Of a stretch of DNA of 64,000 nt, positions 1 to 14,415 are shown one piece after another. The stretch comes from Kondoa subrosea. Taxonomy: Eukaryota. The notes under the pieces were generated by a model. The model searched no databases and was not told the DNA's origin. It saw only the letters and a list, made by a program, of their open reading frames with translations. Every line of letters begins with the position of its first letter. The stretch's first letter is position 1. Location of the stretch: the NCBI GenBank assembly GCA_039545335.1, contig BCIN01000003.1, forward strand, positions 372,001 through 436,000, given 5' to 3'. A program made the translations under genes and the position numbers.

Positions 1-1226
1 CTCATGTGAAACGGCCCAAATTGTGAACTTTATAACGATGACCAGAAAGGCTCCTGCATGTCGTCCGTGTTCATACAGTTCACTATGTAAGACATCATCT
101 CTAGCCATCAGAAAGTTGTCGGTGCCCTTCAGACTCTTTGTTGATCATCTGGACATCAGAACTCTTCATCGCGTCTTCCGTTACAAACTATCTTTCTTTC
201 TTTCTCTATATTTATCTTTGTCCAATAGGCAAGATGTAGAGCTTCAGAGAAGCCTGAGTATCATTGGCGAATAAAGTCGCTCATCTCAAGATCCTTCTGG
301 CTGTAGACGAATCCGGTACCTGTCTAAGTCAATCGATTTCGTTACTCAAAGCACCATACCCTGGGCACCGATCTCAGAGCCTAATGCTTATATGATTAGA
401 GAGAGCTTCTTGCCTCATTCGTGAAAGTTGCGACTCCCTGACAGGGGTTTGATGCAAGCTTTCCACAGCATGCTTTAAATTACACTGTCACTGCGGTTAC
501 ATTATATGCTAACGCTATAGAAAGAGAGATTAAAATTCCGGTGCAGAACTATATCGGATCTGTTGAAGGCTGGAAGCGCGATCATGGCGTCGGTAGGTTT
601 TCGCTGTTATACGTGGCCGCACGAAGGCTTAAATTATAGAAGACTCTCAGGATTGGGAAAGAAGTCAAGTCAAAGAGTATGTGTTGAATTCTCAATGTGG
701 ATGTCAGGCTGTGTAGGCCAAGTGAGTCACTGGAAAAGTATGGTTTCTTTCTGATGAAAGATCTGGCACCTGCAGAGCTCAAGCGCGATATCCTTTTTGG
801 TGCGAGATACTTACGTCAGCGCTGAGTCGCTCATTCGATCGTAGGCTTATGATTCGAAGATCCAACATCAAGACCTGCATGCTGCAATCAAAGTGTTCGA
901 CAGCCGAAGTCCAGTCTACAATAACGGCTGCTGACCTCTATGGCCATTGATCAATCAAGAGAGGCCAAGACTGTAGAGGTCTATTCCACTAGAATAGTAG
1001 ATATCTACAGGCTCTTTATACCAATTGCATCATTTGGGAAGCTTCTGCCTCTTTGCAAAGCGACATGCGTCTATGTTGAATGCGAGCATTTGAGGAGCAG
1101 AGTCATGCTGCGTCAGACAGACACAGAGAAATCAGCCAATTCGCTCACAACTCCATATCTCTTCAACAAACAGCGGACAGATACCTGGTTGCCTGGTATA
1201 CCTTGAGACCTAGATAACCAACAGGA

Positions 1227-2640
1227 ATGAGTTCCTTTGATGTGGATGTGTGTATCGAGAAGCTCAGCAGGAAGCAGCTGCTAGCAGAACCAGCAATCAA
1301 AGAAGTGTGCGAGAAAGTCAAAGAGCTCTTGATGCGTGAATCCAATGTCGTCCATCTGTCCGCACCGGTTACTGTTGTAGGAGATATACATGGGTGCGCG
1401 GACAAAGGAGTGCCAAGGGCAATGAAATTTGAACTTATCATGCGGTTGGTAGGCAATTCTATGATCTACTAGAAATCTTCAAGATAGGAGGACACTCACC
1501 CTATACAAATTATCTCTTCTTGGGTTAGTCCTGAAGGCCAGCAACATCGGGCATAAGTTGAGCTGAGATGGAGCACAGGCGATTATGTGGACCGGGGCTT
1601 ATTTAGTGTGGAAACCATCTCGCTGCTCACCTGCCTCAAGCTACGGTATCCTGATCGAGTTCAGCTGATACGAGGGAATCACGAATCAAGAGCAGTAACG
1701 CAGGTTCGCTCAAAATCTGTGCTGGTCCACTCGTATACTTAGTAGAATTGCGATGTGGACAGACGTACGGCTTCTACACTGAATGCGTGCGGAAGTACAA
1801 TGGTTCACCAAACGTCTGGACCTATTTCACCGACATGTTCGATTTCCTAACGCTCAGTGCGGTGATCGACGACCGGATATTTTGCGTACACGGAGGTAAG
1901 CAAAGATCAGCTTGGAACGTGTTTTCAGAAACGTTTCAATTTATATTTGGATCATGTTTATGAATTGTTTTGCTGCGCAGGTTTATCACCTTCGATACAC
2001 TGTATAGATCAGATCAAAATCATTGATCGGTTTAGAGGTTCATCTTCAGCTCTCATGCTGGAGACATTGATTGACTGACTAAATGTTGCACATGTAGAGA
2101 TACCGCATGAAGGTCCTATGGCAGATCTAGTATGGTCAGATCCAGACTCGGAGAAAGAAGAGTTTGCAATATCGCCTAGGTTAGATTTTCGACGCGTCAA
2201 TGTTTCATACTGACCATCTTTATGTCCACAGAGGCGCTGGCTACACGTTTGGTGCTCAAGTAGTCAAGAAATTCCTCGAGATGAATAACATGAATCACAT
2301 TCTTCGAGCACATCAATTATGCATGGAAGGCTTTTCTGTGCTTTACGATGATCGATTATCCACCGTCTGGAGTGCGCCGAACTACTGCTACAGATGCGGG
2401 AACATGGCTAGCATACTGGAGGTACATTGGCATCCTCGAAATTTGAACAGTCGCTGAAGTAAAGCGCGTTTTTGTGCCCAGGTTGGGCCAGGAGGAACAA
2501 AGCACTTCAATGTGTTTGACGCTGCGCCTGAGAATGAACGCGATGGACCAGCGCATCAAAATATAGTAGCAAAGGTTTGTCGCGTAATTTAGACTATCTC
2601 AGGTCTGACAGCATGTTTACAGCCAGAGTATTTCCTGTAA
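1227..2640 (+). CDS. PPG1: PP2A-like Ser/Thr protein phosphatase (Ppg1 type), multi-exon
   Basis: Spliced translation has GDIHG, GDYVDRG, RGNHESR and [12 protein letters not shown], and ends [19 protein letters not shown] and [14 protein letters not shown] favour the Ppg1 subfamily. Confidence 0.9.
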
Positions 2641-3083
2641 TCCGCTGGGGCGTAGAGAAGATGTACAAATAGCTGCACCGATACCCTTCATTGTGAACTC
2701 CCCGAATCCGAGCATATCGAGCGTGGACTCCAGTTTTTTCGGCGGGACAATCTATTTTCTGCTAACAAATCTTGTGCTTTTCCCGCTTTGGCTGACCCAT
2801 GGACAACTCATTCAACTGATTACGGTTGAGCTATGGTCAACCAGGCCGTCGATCTTAACCGGAGCGGGTGCCTTGAAGCCAGACGCGTTTTTTCCCACGG
2901 TGTATACGCCTTCATTTCCCTTCCCCACAGCCGCTTCGATGCTGGATGTATTTTTTTCAAGCTCGTTGTTTTCCTTTACGCATCAGAACAATAATACACG
3001 GACAATAACTATCACACTTCAGGTGAAGCTCGTGCTTATTCAAATACATCGTGACTTGTGATTGATCTGTTTGAAAAGGCATA

Positions 3084-5791
3084 ATGATTCGCTTCATACA
3101 AAGATACCATTCCATGAGCGAGAGATTACTGGTTGATCTCATCTTCAGCTCTCTCGTCATTTACAAGCTTCATGAAATCAGCATTTCGGTCAATCCACAT
3201 TCAACCCACTTCTATTCCTGGATGCCAAATTACCTATGGCGAGAAGCAACTATCTCCTTTGTACTGGCAGTACTCGCCTACGTCTCTTCTACACGCAGAA
3301 GTCACGCTAATCCAGCTTACATCCCACTCAAGCAGAAGTCAGTCCTCGGTGAATATCAAAGTACTCAATCCTGGTCGGAGATACTTCGGCTACAAGAGCA
3401 TCATAAGCTCCTCTCCCTGCTTATCTTCCTTCGCGGCGTTTTAAGCTACATACTCTTACCGATTCTTTTCGGTCTTGCGATGCTTCTTTCCTTTGCTACT
3501 GTTTCTGCCTTGACAGCATATGCTGAAGGCGGTTTTGTGGGTGTCTGAGCTTAAGCGAAGCGGTACAACCTAATCTATACATAGATCTTCACTTGGTCTC
3601 GATTTTTCGACGCGCTTCAGGAAGATCGCGAGACAACGGTTGGTCATCCTTCCCGCAGGTATTACATATAAGAGCTGATATTCATGTGAAGGCTGGCCTG
3701 GCCAAGACGGTCCTTCGCACAACATGCAAAATGTCACTGCTTGTATATTTCACGACAGCCGCTGTCTCTCTTCTACACTACACCGCTTTAAGACAGTTTC
3801 CACTCAAACCTCGGACTCTTCGATTTCTGGCATCAGTATGCAGCATACTAACTGCATTTGTCATATTCTCCGACACACCTAAAGCGCTGCACAAGAGCGA
3901 CTTACTGTCTGATGCTATTGTCACACTGTACGGCATGCATTCCTCACCTGTCGTCGAAGAAACTCAACCTGTCATCATACCTGCGAATCAAGAGACATCA
4001 ATCTATGGCGCGTCCAATTTTGATCTGCCAAAACACATTCAGATCAACCCGAAGCAGATCAAGCATGTCTTCGTAGGTCTCTCGCGCCATCGGTTTGGCT
4101 TAAAGCTGATCTACCCTCCAACAGCTTGTTCTGCTCGAAAGTGCAGATGAATTCGCATGGCCTTATCAACCTGACAAATTCTGCTCACATCGCAATTGCA
4201 TGGACATTCCCGACGAGCTCAATACCGTTCAAGAATTCACTCCATTCTTTTCTCAGCTAGTTAACGAATCTTATTTCGTTCCCCCATCCAATTTTCAAAC
4301 TTCTGTTGCCTTTTCCAGTAAAAGTACTTTGGCTACAATTTGCGGTCAATACCCTTCTTTCACTGATTCTGGTCGCAACGAAATGATGTCGGTCCCTCCT
4401 AAACTATGTCTACCGCAATTACTTGAAGACACCGATCCGAACTGGCGAAGCAGGTTCTTCTTTCCCGGCACAATGGACGGAGGGGGTAACGTAAGTGGTA
4501 ATGCCTGCTTGCTAACGGCTCGATACAATAATACTTCCTGTAGGGCTGGTTGGACGAGCTAGTTACCAACATTGGCTTCGACAAGATCACTCAGAAGGCA
4601 GATATCGATAAATATGGTGTTGAACTGCCAGAAGGACAGAGGCGTCCGTGGGTCAATCGCTTCGGCTTCGCTGAAGGAGAGATCATGCCTTTATTATTCG
4701 AGTAAGCAGTTAAATTCCCGCTAGCCGACGAGGATACTTATCCTGCCTGCTGCAGCTGGATCGATAAGCAAACCGTTGACAAAGACGCTAGAGTGTTTGC
4801 CACATTGGCCACTTTGGCTACTCATGAACATTGGAACGGTGGCATACGAAACTTTACTCGCAAACAGTGCGTTCTTTTATCTTTTTAGTTGTTTTGTCTA
4901 ATGGCGGAATCAGTTATTCGGATACACCTGACTCGTCAAGCTACCTCAACACTGTCAGATATACAGATGGACAGCTCAAAATTTTGTATGAAGGTTTGAA
5001 GGAACGGAATCTGCTGGATTCCAGTCTTTTCATTATTCAAGGCGATCATGGCCCTCGTATCAGTCCGCAAGGTGCTATATCTGTTGTTTCTTTGTGATGA
5101 TTCTGGCTAAGCGATGTCGTCGTGCGCTTTGCTAGGTCATCAAGTACAAGCACATCATGGCCGCAACCTTAGAACGCCTTTCTTAATTCGACCACCAGGT
5201 GGAGCCGATCAAGCTTTGGATCTCAAACCGTATACTCTTTGGAACAGCTTAGACGTCTTGCCTACCGTTATGGATGCTCTGGGTTATAGCGAATCTCTTA
5301 TTCAACGATATCAAGGTTCTAGTCTGCTTCGACCTCTGCATACGAACCAAACCACTGGCTATCGACACGCGGATTACCACGTTCAGAACCCAGGAGGTCA
5401 ATGGCCAACTCTACAAGAAGGTCCATGGAAGATTATCTTAATGCCTAAAGATGCATCTCAACCGTATGATCGCAAGCCATGTGCTGTCGATATTACTATG
5501 GATCCAGAAGAAGAATATCTTTGGTGCTTTGATGAAGGTTGGGTAGAAGCTATGGATTCAGAAACGGGTGAAGCGAAGAAAGGAAGCGATTTGTATGCGG
5601 GCAAAGAAGATCAGATGGTCATGCTCCAGAACTGGGCTCGAAGCAAGTTGGACGACCTTAAGGAACATCTGCAAAGAAATCACAAGATATGGAATCGAGG
5701 TCAACCAGGAGCTGAAGAGAACCGTTGCGCTCGAGATTTATGGAGGGAAAGTTTCAGGGAGTTGGTCAAGGACGGCAAGGTATTTCAGTAA
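3084..5791 (+). CDS. Membrane-anchored alkaline-phosphatase-superfamily protein (sulfatase/LtaS-MdoB-like)
   Basis: Hydrophobic N-terminal segments, then HVFLVLLES, FSSKSTLATICGQYP, TLATHEHW, YLNTVRYTD, FIIQGDHG and SLDVLPTVMDALG. Confidence 0.7.
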
Positions 5792-6012
5792 TGGTTTCAG
5801 TGGTGGTAGTTGATATCCTCATGTAACAAGTAATGAGCTAATTTATTCATCCTGCAATCATTGCAACATCAAGGGCTGCGGTCCAGACCCTTACTGACAC
5901 TACTTGAACACTGCTTATGTGAATACATAGTGCTGACAGGCCGTCCGAGAAACGACAGCTCTTCTCCGCCGACATCCACTGGGCAAAGATGACCAGGATA
6001 GACATATCCAAC

Positions 6013-7535
6013 ATGCTGACTTCGATCAAGACCATTGATGAGAAGGCGCTACGGCAGAACGGACAAGTCGAAATCATAGATCAGGTAGGGAATCGGCCAT
6101 TATGAAAAATGGTATTGAACAACGCGGACATAGCTTCTACTGCCGCATCACGTCAAGTACGAGACAGTCCAGAGTGCTGAAGACGCCTATGCTGCGATCA
6201 AGAGTATGAAGGTGAGTCTTTTGCTTGTTTGAGTTCAAAAGTTGACAAACTGATAATGGATCATCAGATCAGAGGTGCACCTGCCATTGCATCTCTGGCC
6301 GCACTTGGAATAGCATGTTCCTTGATCAACCTCAAAGAAGTCCCTTCTTCGCTGGAAGACCTGAAGAAGCAGGTCAAGCAAATGACTGCCTACCTTCTGA
6401 AATCCAGGCCGACCGCTGTGAACCTTCGAGAAGCGCTAGATCGTATCAACAAGCTGGTCGAATCGTCGAAGAATGAGTCTGCGCAAGATCTTCTCGAGAG
6501 AATCATTTCTGCTTGCATTCAAGTGTGGAGCGAAGACGTCGAAAGATGCTATTCAATAGGCGATAATGGAGCAGAATGGCTTTTAACAAAATTAGAAACA
6601 GAAGGCACGATTAAGAAGGGTGACTCTATCAGCGTTCTCACTGTATGTGGGCGTCTTTTTCGTCAAGATCGGAATATGACACACGTCGTTAGGTCTGTAA
6701 TACTGGATCTCTGGCTACTTCAGGTTATGGTACTGCTCTTGGCATGATCGCATCCCTTCAGTCTCTCGGGCGACTGGAACATGCTTATGTAAGCAAGCTT
6801 TGCCAAAGGCAGCAAATCTTTGCTTTGCTTAGATATGTGTCTCTTGACTGCTTTAGTTCGCACAAACTGCGCCATACCAACAAGGAGCAAGACTCACCAG
6901 TTTAGAACTTCTTCAGCTCGGCATACCTTCTACTATGATACCCGATACAGCTATTGCAGCACTCGTCAGTCCATATCTCATCGTTGACGTTTAACCTAGT
7001 CACTCATTGATCGTATCAGATTCAAGGCAAGGCTGGTCGTAAAGTTCATGCCTTCATAGCCGGCGCAGATCGAATAGCTTCTAATGGCGATACAGCAAAC
7101 AAAATCAGCACTTATCAAATCTCAGTTTTATGCAAATCTATTCCTTCTTCTCATCCACCTAAAGTTATTGTATGCGCTCCTTTGACTACTTTAGATCTAT
7201 CAATGGATTCTGGGAAAGAGATCGAGATTGAAAACAGGCCGGAGATCGAAGCGAAAACGGTCAGAGGAGTCTTGTATGACGAGCAAACGAAGCAGGATCA
7301 TCAAGAGGAACATAAAGAAGTCGTCACTGTACTCTTTACGCCTAAAGCGTGCAGAGTGTGGAAGTAAGTCGTCTTATTTGTACAGCAGTTTCAGAGCTTA
7401 TCCGGAAATAGTCCTGCTTTTGATGTAACGGACGCGGCTTGGATCGATAGCATAGTGACAGAGATAGGTGTGGTCGAAAAACAAGGCAAAGACACATTTG
7501 ATCTACGCTCCTTTGTACAGTCGCATAAGTCTTGA
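6013..7535 (+). CDS. MRI1: Methylthioribose-1-phosphate isomerase
   Basis: [57 protein letters not shown] and WNPAFDVT motifs across exons. Confidence 0.92.
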
Positions 7536-7569
7536 ACTCTACCATTGTTACTCTAGACTATCTATGCAT

Positions 7570-9605
7570 CTAATCATCATCTAATTCGTCTTCTTCGTCT
7601 TCTTCGTCTTCTTCTTCTTCTTCCTCCTCCTCCTCTGTACTTCCTCCCGCATTGACTTTCTTGCGATCACTTCTGACCTGAACGAATTCGGCAAAGCTTC
7701 GAACTTCTCTGATGAATTCCACAGCTGCTCTTTCTTCCATCTCTGCCTTTTTAGTAACCTCATCCTCTTCCGCATCACTCAAATCGGAAGATTGCTCTCC
7801 ATCTTTCTCTTTCCCTTCTTCTTCTTCTTTAGCTTTTGTTTTCTCAAACGCAGCCAATTTTCTTCCATACTGCCTCAATTTGATTTCATGCTCCAGATAA
7901 TGACCCAAATTCTGTAATTCTTCTGCATTGGAAACAGCATACCAACCTGGACTAGGTTTGGTCACTACTAAAGGACCAGTACCTTCTTCTTGTTGTTGAG
8001 AATGCTTTTGTTCTACTTTTTTGAGTTTCGCTTGTCTTTTAGTCAAACCAGTCGAGGAAGAAGAAGAGGAATGACAAGTTGGAGGGAAAGGTAGACCGTG
8101 AAACATAATGGACCAGGAAGACAAGATTGCTTGTTCTTCTGTAGGGTAAGAATCAGCGAACGGAGGCGGAGTGGGAATGTAGTAATCCCTTTCGAAAATA
8201 GTAGTAAAAGTCCAGCGGATCTTATTTGAGTGTAAATCAGGATCTAGAAAGATAATCAACGGACAGCCATGACGGAAACAAGGGAATTTGCGTACAGACA
8301 TCAGCCACTTCTGCTTTGAACTCTTCACCTCGTTCTTCTACTTGATTTTGCCAGGTCTGGCGTTTCGAAGGTGAACCAGGCTTGTCAGCATTAAGAGATG
8401 ATTTGGATTCATTGTAGTCTTTTCGGACTGTGAATCAATGGATAGCTGAGCACGGTAGAACGTGCATATACTTATGTGACCCACTCTTTGATAACTTGAA
8501 ACGAGCTTCTTTCTCATTTTCAAGACCCTAAATCATATATCAGTATCGTATTTCCAGATCACCAGCATTGACATACATCTGTGATTGCCTTTCTGATGTT
8601 CTCACTTCCGTCAAGAATCAGATCAATCAAGCCAGTAAGTAGCTTCAATTTGTCCGATTTGCTTAGAAGGGTTTCTGCCTTTTTCTTTTGTGGTGATTGA
8701 GGTTCTTCCAAATCCGACAAATCAGAAGACTCATTTCCATCTTTGTCCATGTTGACATCGACTTGTTTCCCTTTCCCCTTTGAAAGTAAGATCTCTTCAA
8801 CTTCCAAAATCCCTTGAACTGTTGTCCAAGCTCTCATTTGATGTTCCGTTGAAAAAGACCTCGCTTCTTCTAGTTCATCTTTTAATCTTTCAGCCAAAGT
8901 ATCGGATCGAGAATGAATCAGACATTTTTCTTGACTAGCAAATTCAAACAACGCTTCCAAAACAGCACAAGAATCTTTTTCGTCTTGCAAGAAATCAAAC
9001 AGCTCTTCAGTAATACATTCTAACCAGGTACTACTCTTCTTCGTCGCAGCTCTTTTCAATTTAGATCGGTTTGAGGTCGAAGAAGTAGTAGAAGGGGAAA
9101 GGAGATCTGAGAATCTTACGACGAATTCTCTGAGATGTAAGAGTTGAAGCACATCGTCATGCTCATACGTAGCAGAAGAAGATAAAGAAGAAGCAGAAGG
9201 AGGTGAAACAGATTTGTTTGGTCCATAAGGACGTCTTGTAGCGTATTTCCTTTTCTTCTTCATTGGCTCTTTACCAATAATCGTGGATTCAGCTGCACTG
9301 ATTACAGATTCATCGTGCGAAACAGAAGCAGTTCGAGCTCGGACTTGTAAAGTAGAACCACTGTCGACTTCCAAATGGTCAGTCTTCACTTTCTTTGCTT
9401 TCCCATTGACTTTAGGTTTAGCTGCTGCTCTTTTACGCGTTACTTTGACTGGTTCTTCCATTTCTGAGCCATTTGAGTCCAATACATCATCTGCTTGAAT
9501 TGTTCCATTCTCGCTCGTAGCAGCCGATTGATGCGCTCGAGTAGATCTAGTCCTCTTCGGTGAGGCAATCTCCACTTCAAATGAAGGTATCTGAGGTTTG
9601 GTCAT
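7570..9605 (-). CDS. Hypothetical nuclear protein with basic N-terminus, acidic tail and possible DDT/WHIM-like helices
   Basis: Long ORFs 8559-9605 and 7570-8328 linked by short introns. Contains LHLREFVVRFSDLL and KLKLLTGLIDLIL helices and a poly-E/D C-terminus. The domain call is inference. Confidence 0.65.
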
Positions 9606-10048
9606 CGCGCTTAAGAAGAAGGGTAATTTATACGATGCTTGATGAGCTGATGTGCATTCATCGCGCTTACACACGAAGCGAGACGGAGGCGGGCATCTTT
9701 TGTCTGCATGTATTGAATGAATAGAAATGAAATGAAGCATGTATGAAAGGTAATGACTTGTCCTAGTGACCGTTGCTAACGCTGACCGCGCTGAGACAAA
9801 TATTGATGAGGATGGGTAGCGCCGCTAAGAATTAGTTAGACCTATGCCTTGTGCGTATTTTAAGAACACACTGTGGGTTGTAGGCCGGGGGATACTGTAC
9901 AATTCAATCAGCTTAAATGCAATAGTGATAATCGTTGCAATACCTACCTGGTCACTATGGGTTGGAGTACTAGGGCTAGGAACGCCATACTCAGCCGGAC
10001 TGGAGAACGCCTAAGAGTGCGCTCAATGAGAAGAACAGACGTTTTTGC

Positions 10049-10555
10049 TTACGGTGCGCCTAGAGGGCCTGTCACAACAGCCGAAAAAGGAGAGGCATGT
10101 TGAGTTTGACGATGAGCCTGAGGCTGAGGGTTAGGGTGATACACTGGATGCCTGGAAATTCGAATCAGGCCTTGGTCATATTCGATTGACAAGGGAAGCA
10201 TACTGCTGAGGGACATCCGGTGGGGCATGCATCGCAGATGCTGTCGCATATCCACCTTCCGCGAAGGCAGGCATGTCCACAAAGACCTCGCGCAATCCTG
10301 CTGCTGTCGCATTATGATGGTGAGGTGATCCATACATAAGTTGATAGTCATTACGCCATTCATGTCCGCGCCCCTGTGACAGAACTGCTATCAGTATATG
10401 CGTCGTTTTGCATGCATTAAAAGACTCACCAGCTCTTCGGCTCGGCCGTGCTGAGCGATAGCATGAACATAATGCTTTTCCGTACCAACTGGGTGAGGGT
10501 TCTGATCGGGCGAGTAACTCTCCCACTGTTGCGTGTTTGGGTTGAGCCATAACAT
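10049..10555 (-). CDS. Small orphan His/Pro/Gln-rich protein, at least 3 exons
   Basis: MLWLNPNTQQWESY...GRAEEL | GRGHEW...PDVPQ | QHPVYHPNPQPQAH... stays in frame across two GT-AG introns. The 3' end may extend further. Confidence 0.45.
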
Positions 10556-11231
10556 GGTAATGACTAGGGATGTGATGGATGAAGCTCGTGGGAAGAAGGG
10601 ATAAGTGACAGACGCTGATGAACGTTGCTTGAAAGAGAGAAGAGAAGCGCAAATTGTCGAAGGTCATTTGCTGAGCATCGCCTCGAAGAGTTGAAGACAG
10701 ACAAAGGATTGGCAGCTATTATTGCTTTGAACGTAATGACAAGGCGATAGACAGGAAGCTGGCAAGGGGTACCGCAAACCGTTCTTTGTGGTCGATCAAA
10801 TGGTATTTGGTAGAACACCGTCCCCCCAAAAGATCAGAACAGCGATGCGAAATCAGAAGATCAACACCGAGAATACACATTCTGTGGCTTCTCTTGCGAA
10901 CCAGCAATTCGTAGAAGTAGATCCTGCGCAGATCAGACAGGATGCAGAGCTGCGGACTACTGCTCTCATCGCAGACTTTCGCCTAATGTCACTTCCGGTG
11001 AGCCCGTCGAAATGGAGGCAATTGTGATTAGCATAGGTACAAAGCAAAGAGGGAATTGTAGAGACAGAGGCTGGCATGCAAGGATAATGTTCAGATGCCA
11101 ATCAGAGAGAAAGATTCGCCTAACCAGGACGTTTATAAGTCCTGCCTATATATTACTTAATGTCTGCTCCTACTTCACTGGAATGGAGACTGACCTTCTT
11201 GATCAGATGGTTTGTCAACAGGATGACCTGA

Positions 11232-11662
11232 CTTCCATCTCTGCCTTCTTAGTGATTTCGTCGTCTTCCGCATCACTCAAATCGGATGATTGCTCTCCAT
11301 CTTTCACTTTCCCTTCTTCTTCTTCTTTAGCTTTTGCTTTTCTCAAACGCAGCTAGTTTCCTTCCATACTGCCTCAATTTGATCTCATGCTCTAGATAAT
11401 GACCAAATTCTGTAGCTCTTTCGCACTGGAAACCAATATATCAAGCTGGAGTAGGTTTGGCGACAATTAATGGACCAGTACTTTCTTCTTGCGGCAGCTC
11501 TTGTTCTACTTTCTTAGGTTTCGCTTGTCTTTTAGTGCATCATTTGCTTGAATTGACTCATTCTCGCTCGCAGCATTAGAGTCACGCGCTCGAGTAGATC
11601 TAGTTCTCTTGGGTGAGGCAATCTCCACTTCAACAGAAGGTATCTGAGGTTTGGTCATCGCG
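11232..11662 (-). pseudogene. Internally deleted, frameshifted paralog relic of the 7570-9605 gene
   Basis: 11232-11536 aligns by eye to about 7734-8043 and 11538-11662 to about 9485-9609. About 1.44 kb is missing, the junction is out of frame, and there are further 1-nt indels. Confidence 0.85.
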
Positions 11663-11724
11663 TTCAAAACGAAGCGTAATTACGGTCACAATATTTCAAT
11701 TCTTCTTATACACAGACATTACAA

Positions 11725-12715
11725 TTAAGGTCTCACCCCTGTACAGACTAAGAATGGGAAATCTTGTTCACCACCGCTTTCAACTTCTTTTCGTTGAACG
11801 TAAGCTTGCTCAATCTTGATTTGCTCGAACCCTGCTCTTTCGAAATGCTCTTGCATCTCTTCTCTACTTAAACCATGTCGCTCCTGTGCAAGTATTACTA
11901 GTCAATAAGCTGGAGTAAAGAAACATTGAGAAGAAACGCACAACTCCTTCCATCTTACTTTCCGGATCTTTGTAAGAACATCAGTTGAAGACACCCATTA
12001 GAAGATAGAGAAAAGCGTACGAAAAGCTCTTGATGCTTTTGTCCTCTCGAAATCCGTAATGATCAACTTCCCGCCGTTCTTGAGACAATCGAAAGCCACT
12101 TTAACAGTTGGACCCATTTCTGGTATATGATGAAAGACCTGTTTTCACCACATTAGACAATCAAACATACATCCTCTTAATGACACGAGATAAGACGAAC
12201 TAAATGTGAAATGACCAGATCAAACTTATCGAATTCACCTTTTGTATGTTCGGAAATTTGAGAGCTTTCTTGGAGGAGTAAGACTAGTCCAGTCATATTT
12301 TCGTGTTGAGAAGCTTTAGAGTTGAATTTCTTGATCATGCCTTGAGCGGTATCGACCTGTCAAATTTCCTGTCCTTTCAACATATGACAATGTTTAGAAA
12401 GTAGAGGGAACTGACACCTAGTATCCTTTTAACATGAGGTGAAACAGCAACGCTCAATAGCCCAGTCCCTATCTCAGGCTTGTCAGATGTAGTGAACAAA
12501 GAGAGAGTAAGAGGAACTAACCACAACCAATCTCTAGTACGTCGTAGGATTCCTTCAACTGATCCTTCTTCAGTAGTTCGAATGTCTTGCGAGATGTTTC
12601 TACAACCACAGGCTGAAGATCCCATGCTGTTCAATTACCATTGAGTATTGAGTGATGAAGACGAAATCAAGCAATTACCTTCAGCTTCGGCGTCGAAGCG
12701 ATCATTTCCGCTCAT
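11725..12715 (-). CDS. Class I SAM-dependent methyltransferase
   Basis: MSGNDRFDAEA start; GTGLLS...ILGVDTAQGMI, FDLVISHLVFHHI and GGKLIITDF; ends FPFLVCTGVRP*. Confidence 0.8.
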
Positions 12716-12960
12716 TATTGCTTCCAGTAGTAGCAGCGAACAGAGGAGAAGAGAATAGACAAGAGAAGAACAGCAGAAGCAAGCTGATGTTTCCCCGCGA
12801 TATTTACGGCACAAGCAAAGGCAATTGCAACAGAGTTTGCGCAGAGGGACTGGCGGACACAGACACAGAAACTCGAACAGCAGCCACAGAACTAGACAAG
12901 AAAACACGAGACAATCACTCTTGCTCTACAACTTGCAACTTATTCGAATTTCAACACATC

Positions 12961-14340
<1,380 letters not shown>

Positions 14341-14415
14341 TAACGAAAATGTGATAGTACACAATGTCTGAAAATGCAAATTATACAACACGACTGAAAT
14401 TACTAATTACTTGCA

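Noticed and set aside
1..1200. Possible decayed minus-strand gene with intron-like signals (near 770-814 and 320-359)
   Set aside because: The frames I read hit stops and no family motif is recognisable, so neither a gene nor a pseudogene call can be supported.
7575..7635. (TCT/TCG/TCC)n simple repeat
   Set aside because: It encodes the poly-Glu/Asp tail of the CDS.
10127..10136. CCCTAACCCT on the minus strand, resembling a telomerase RNA template
   Set aside because: A 10-nt match is expected by chance in a window this size, and it falls in the probable coding exon HPNP.
12422..12433. GTATCCTTT resembling a U12-type 5' splice site
   Set aside because: It lies antisense to a methyltransferase exon and there is no plus-strand gene here.
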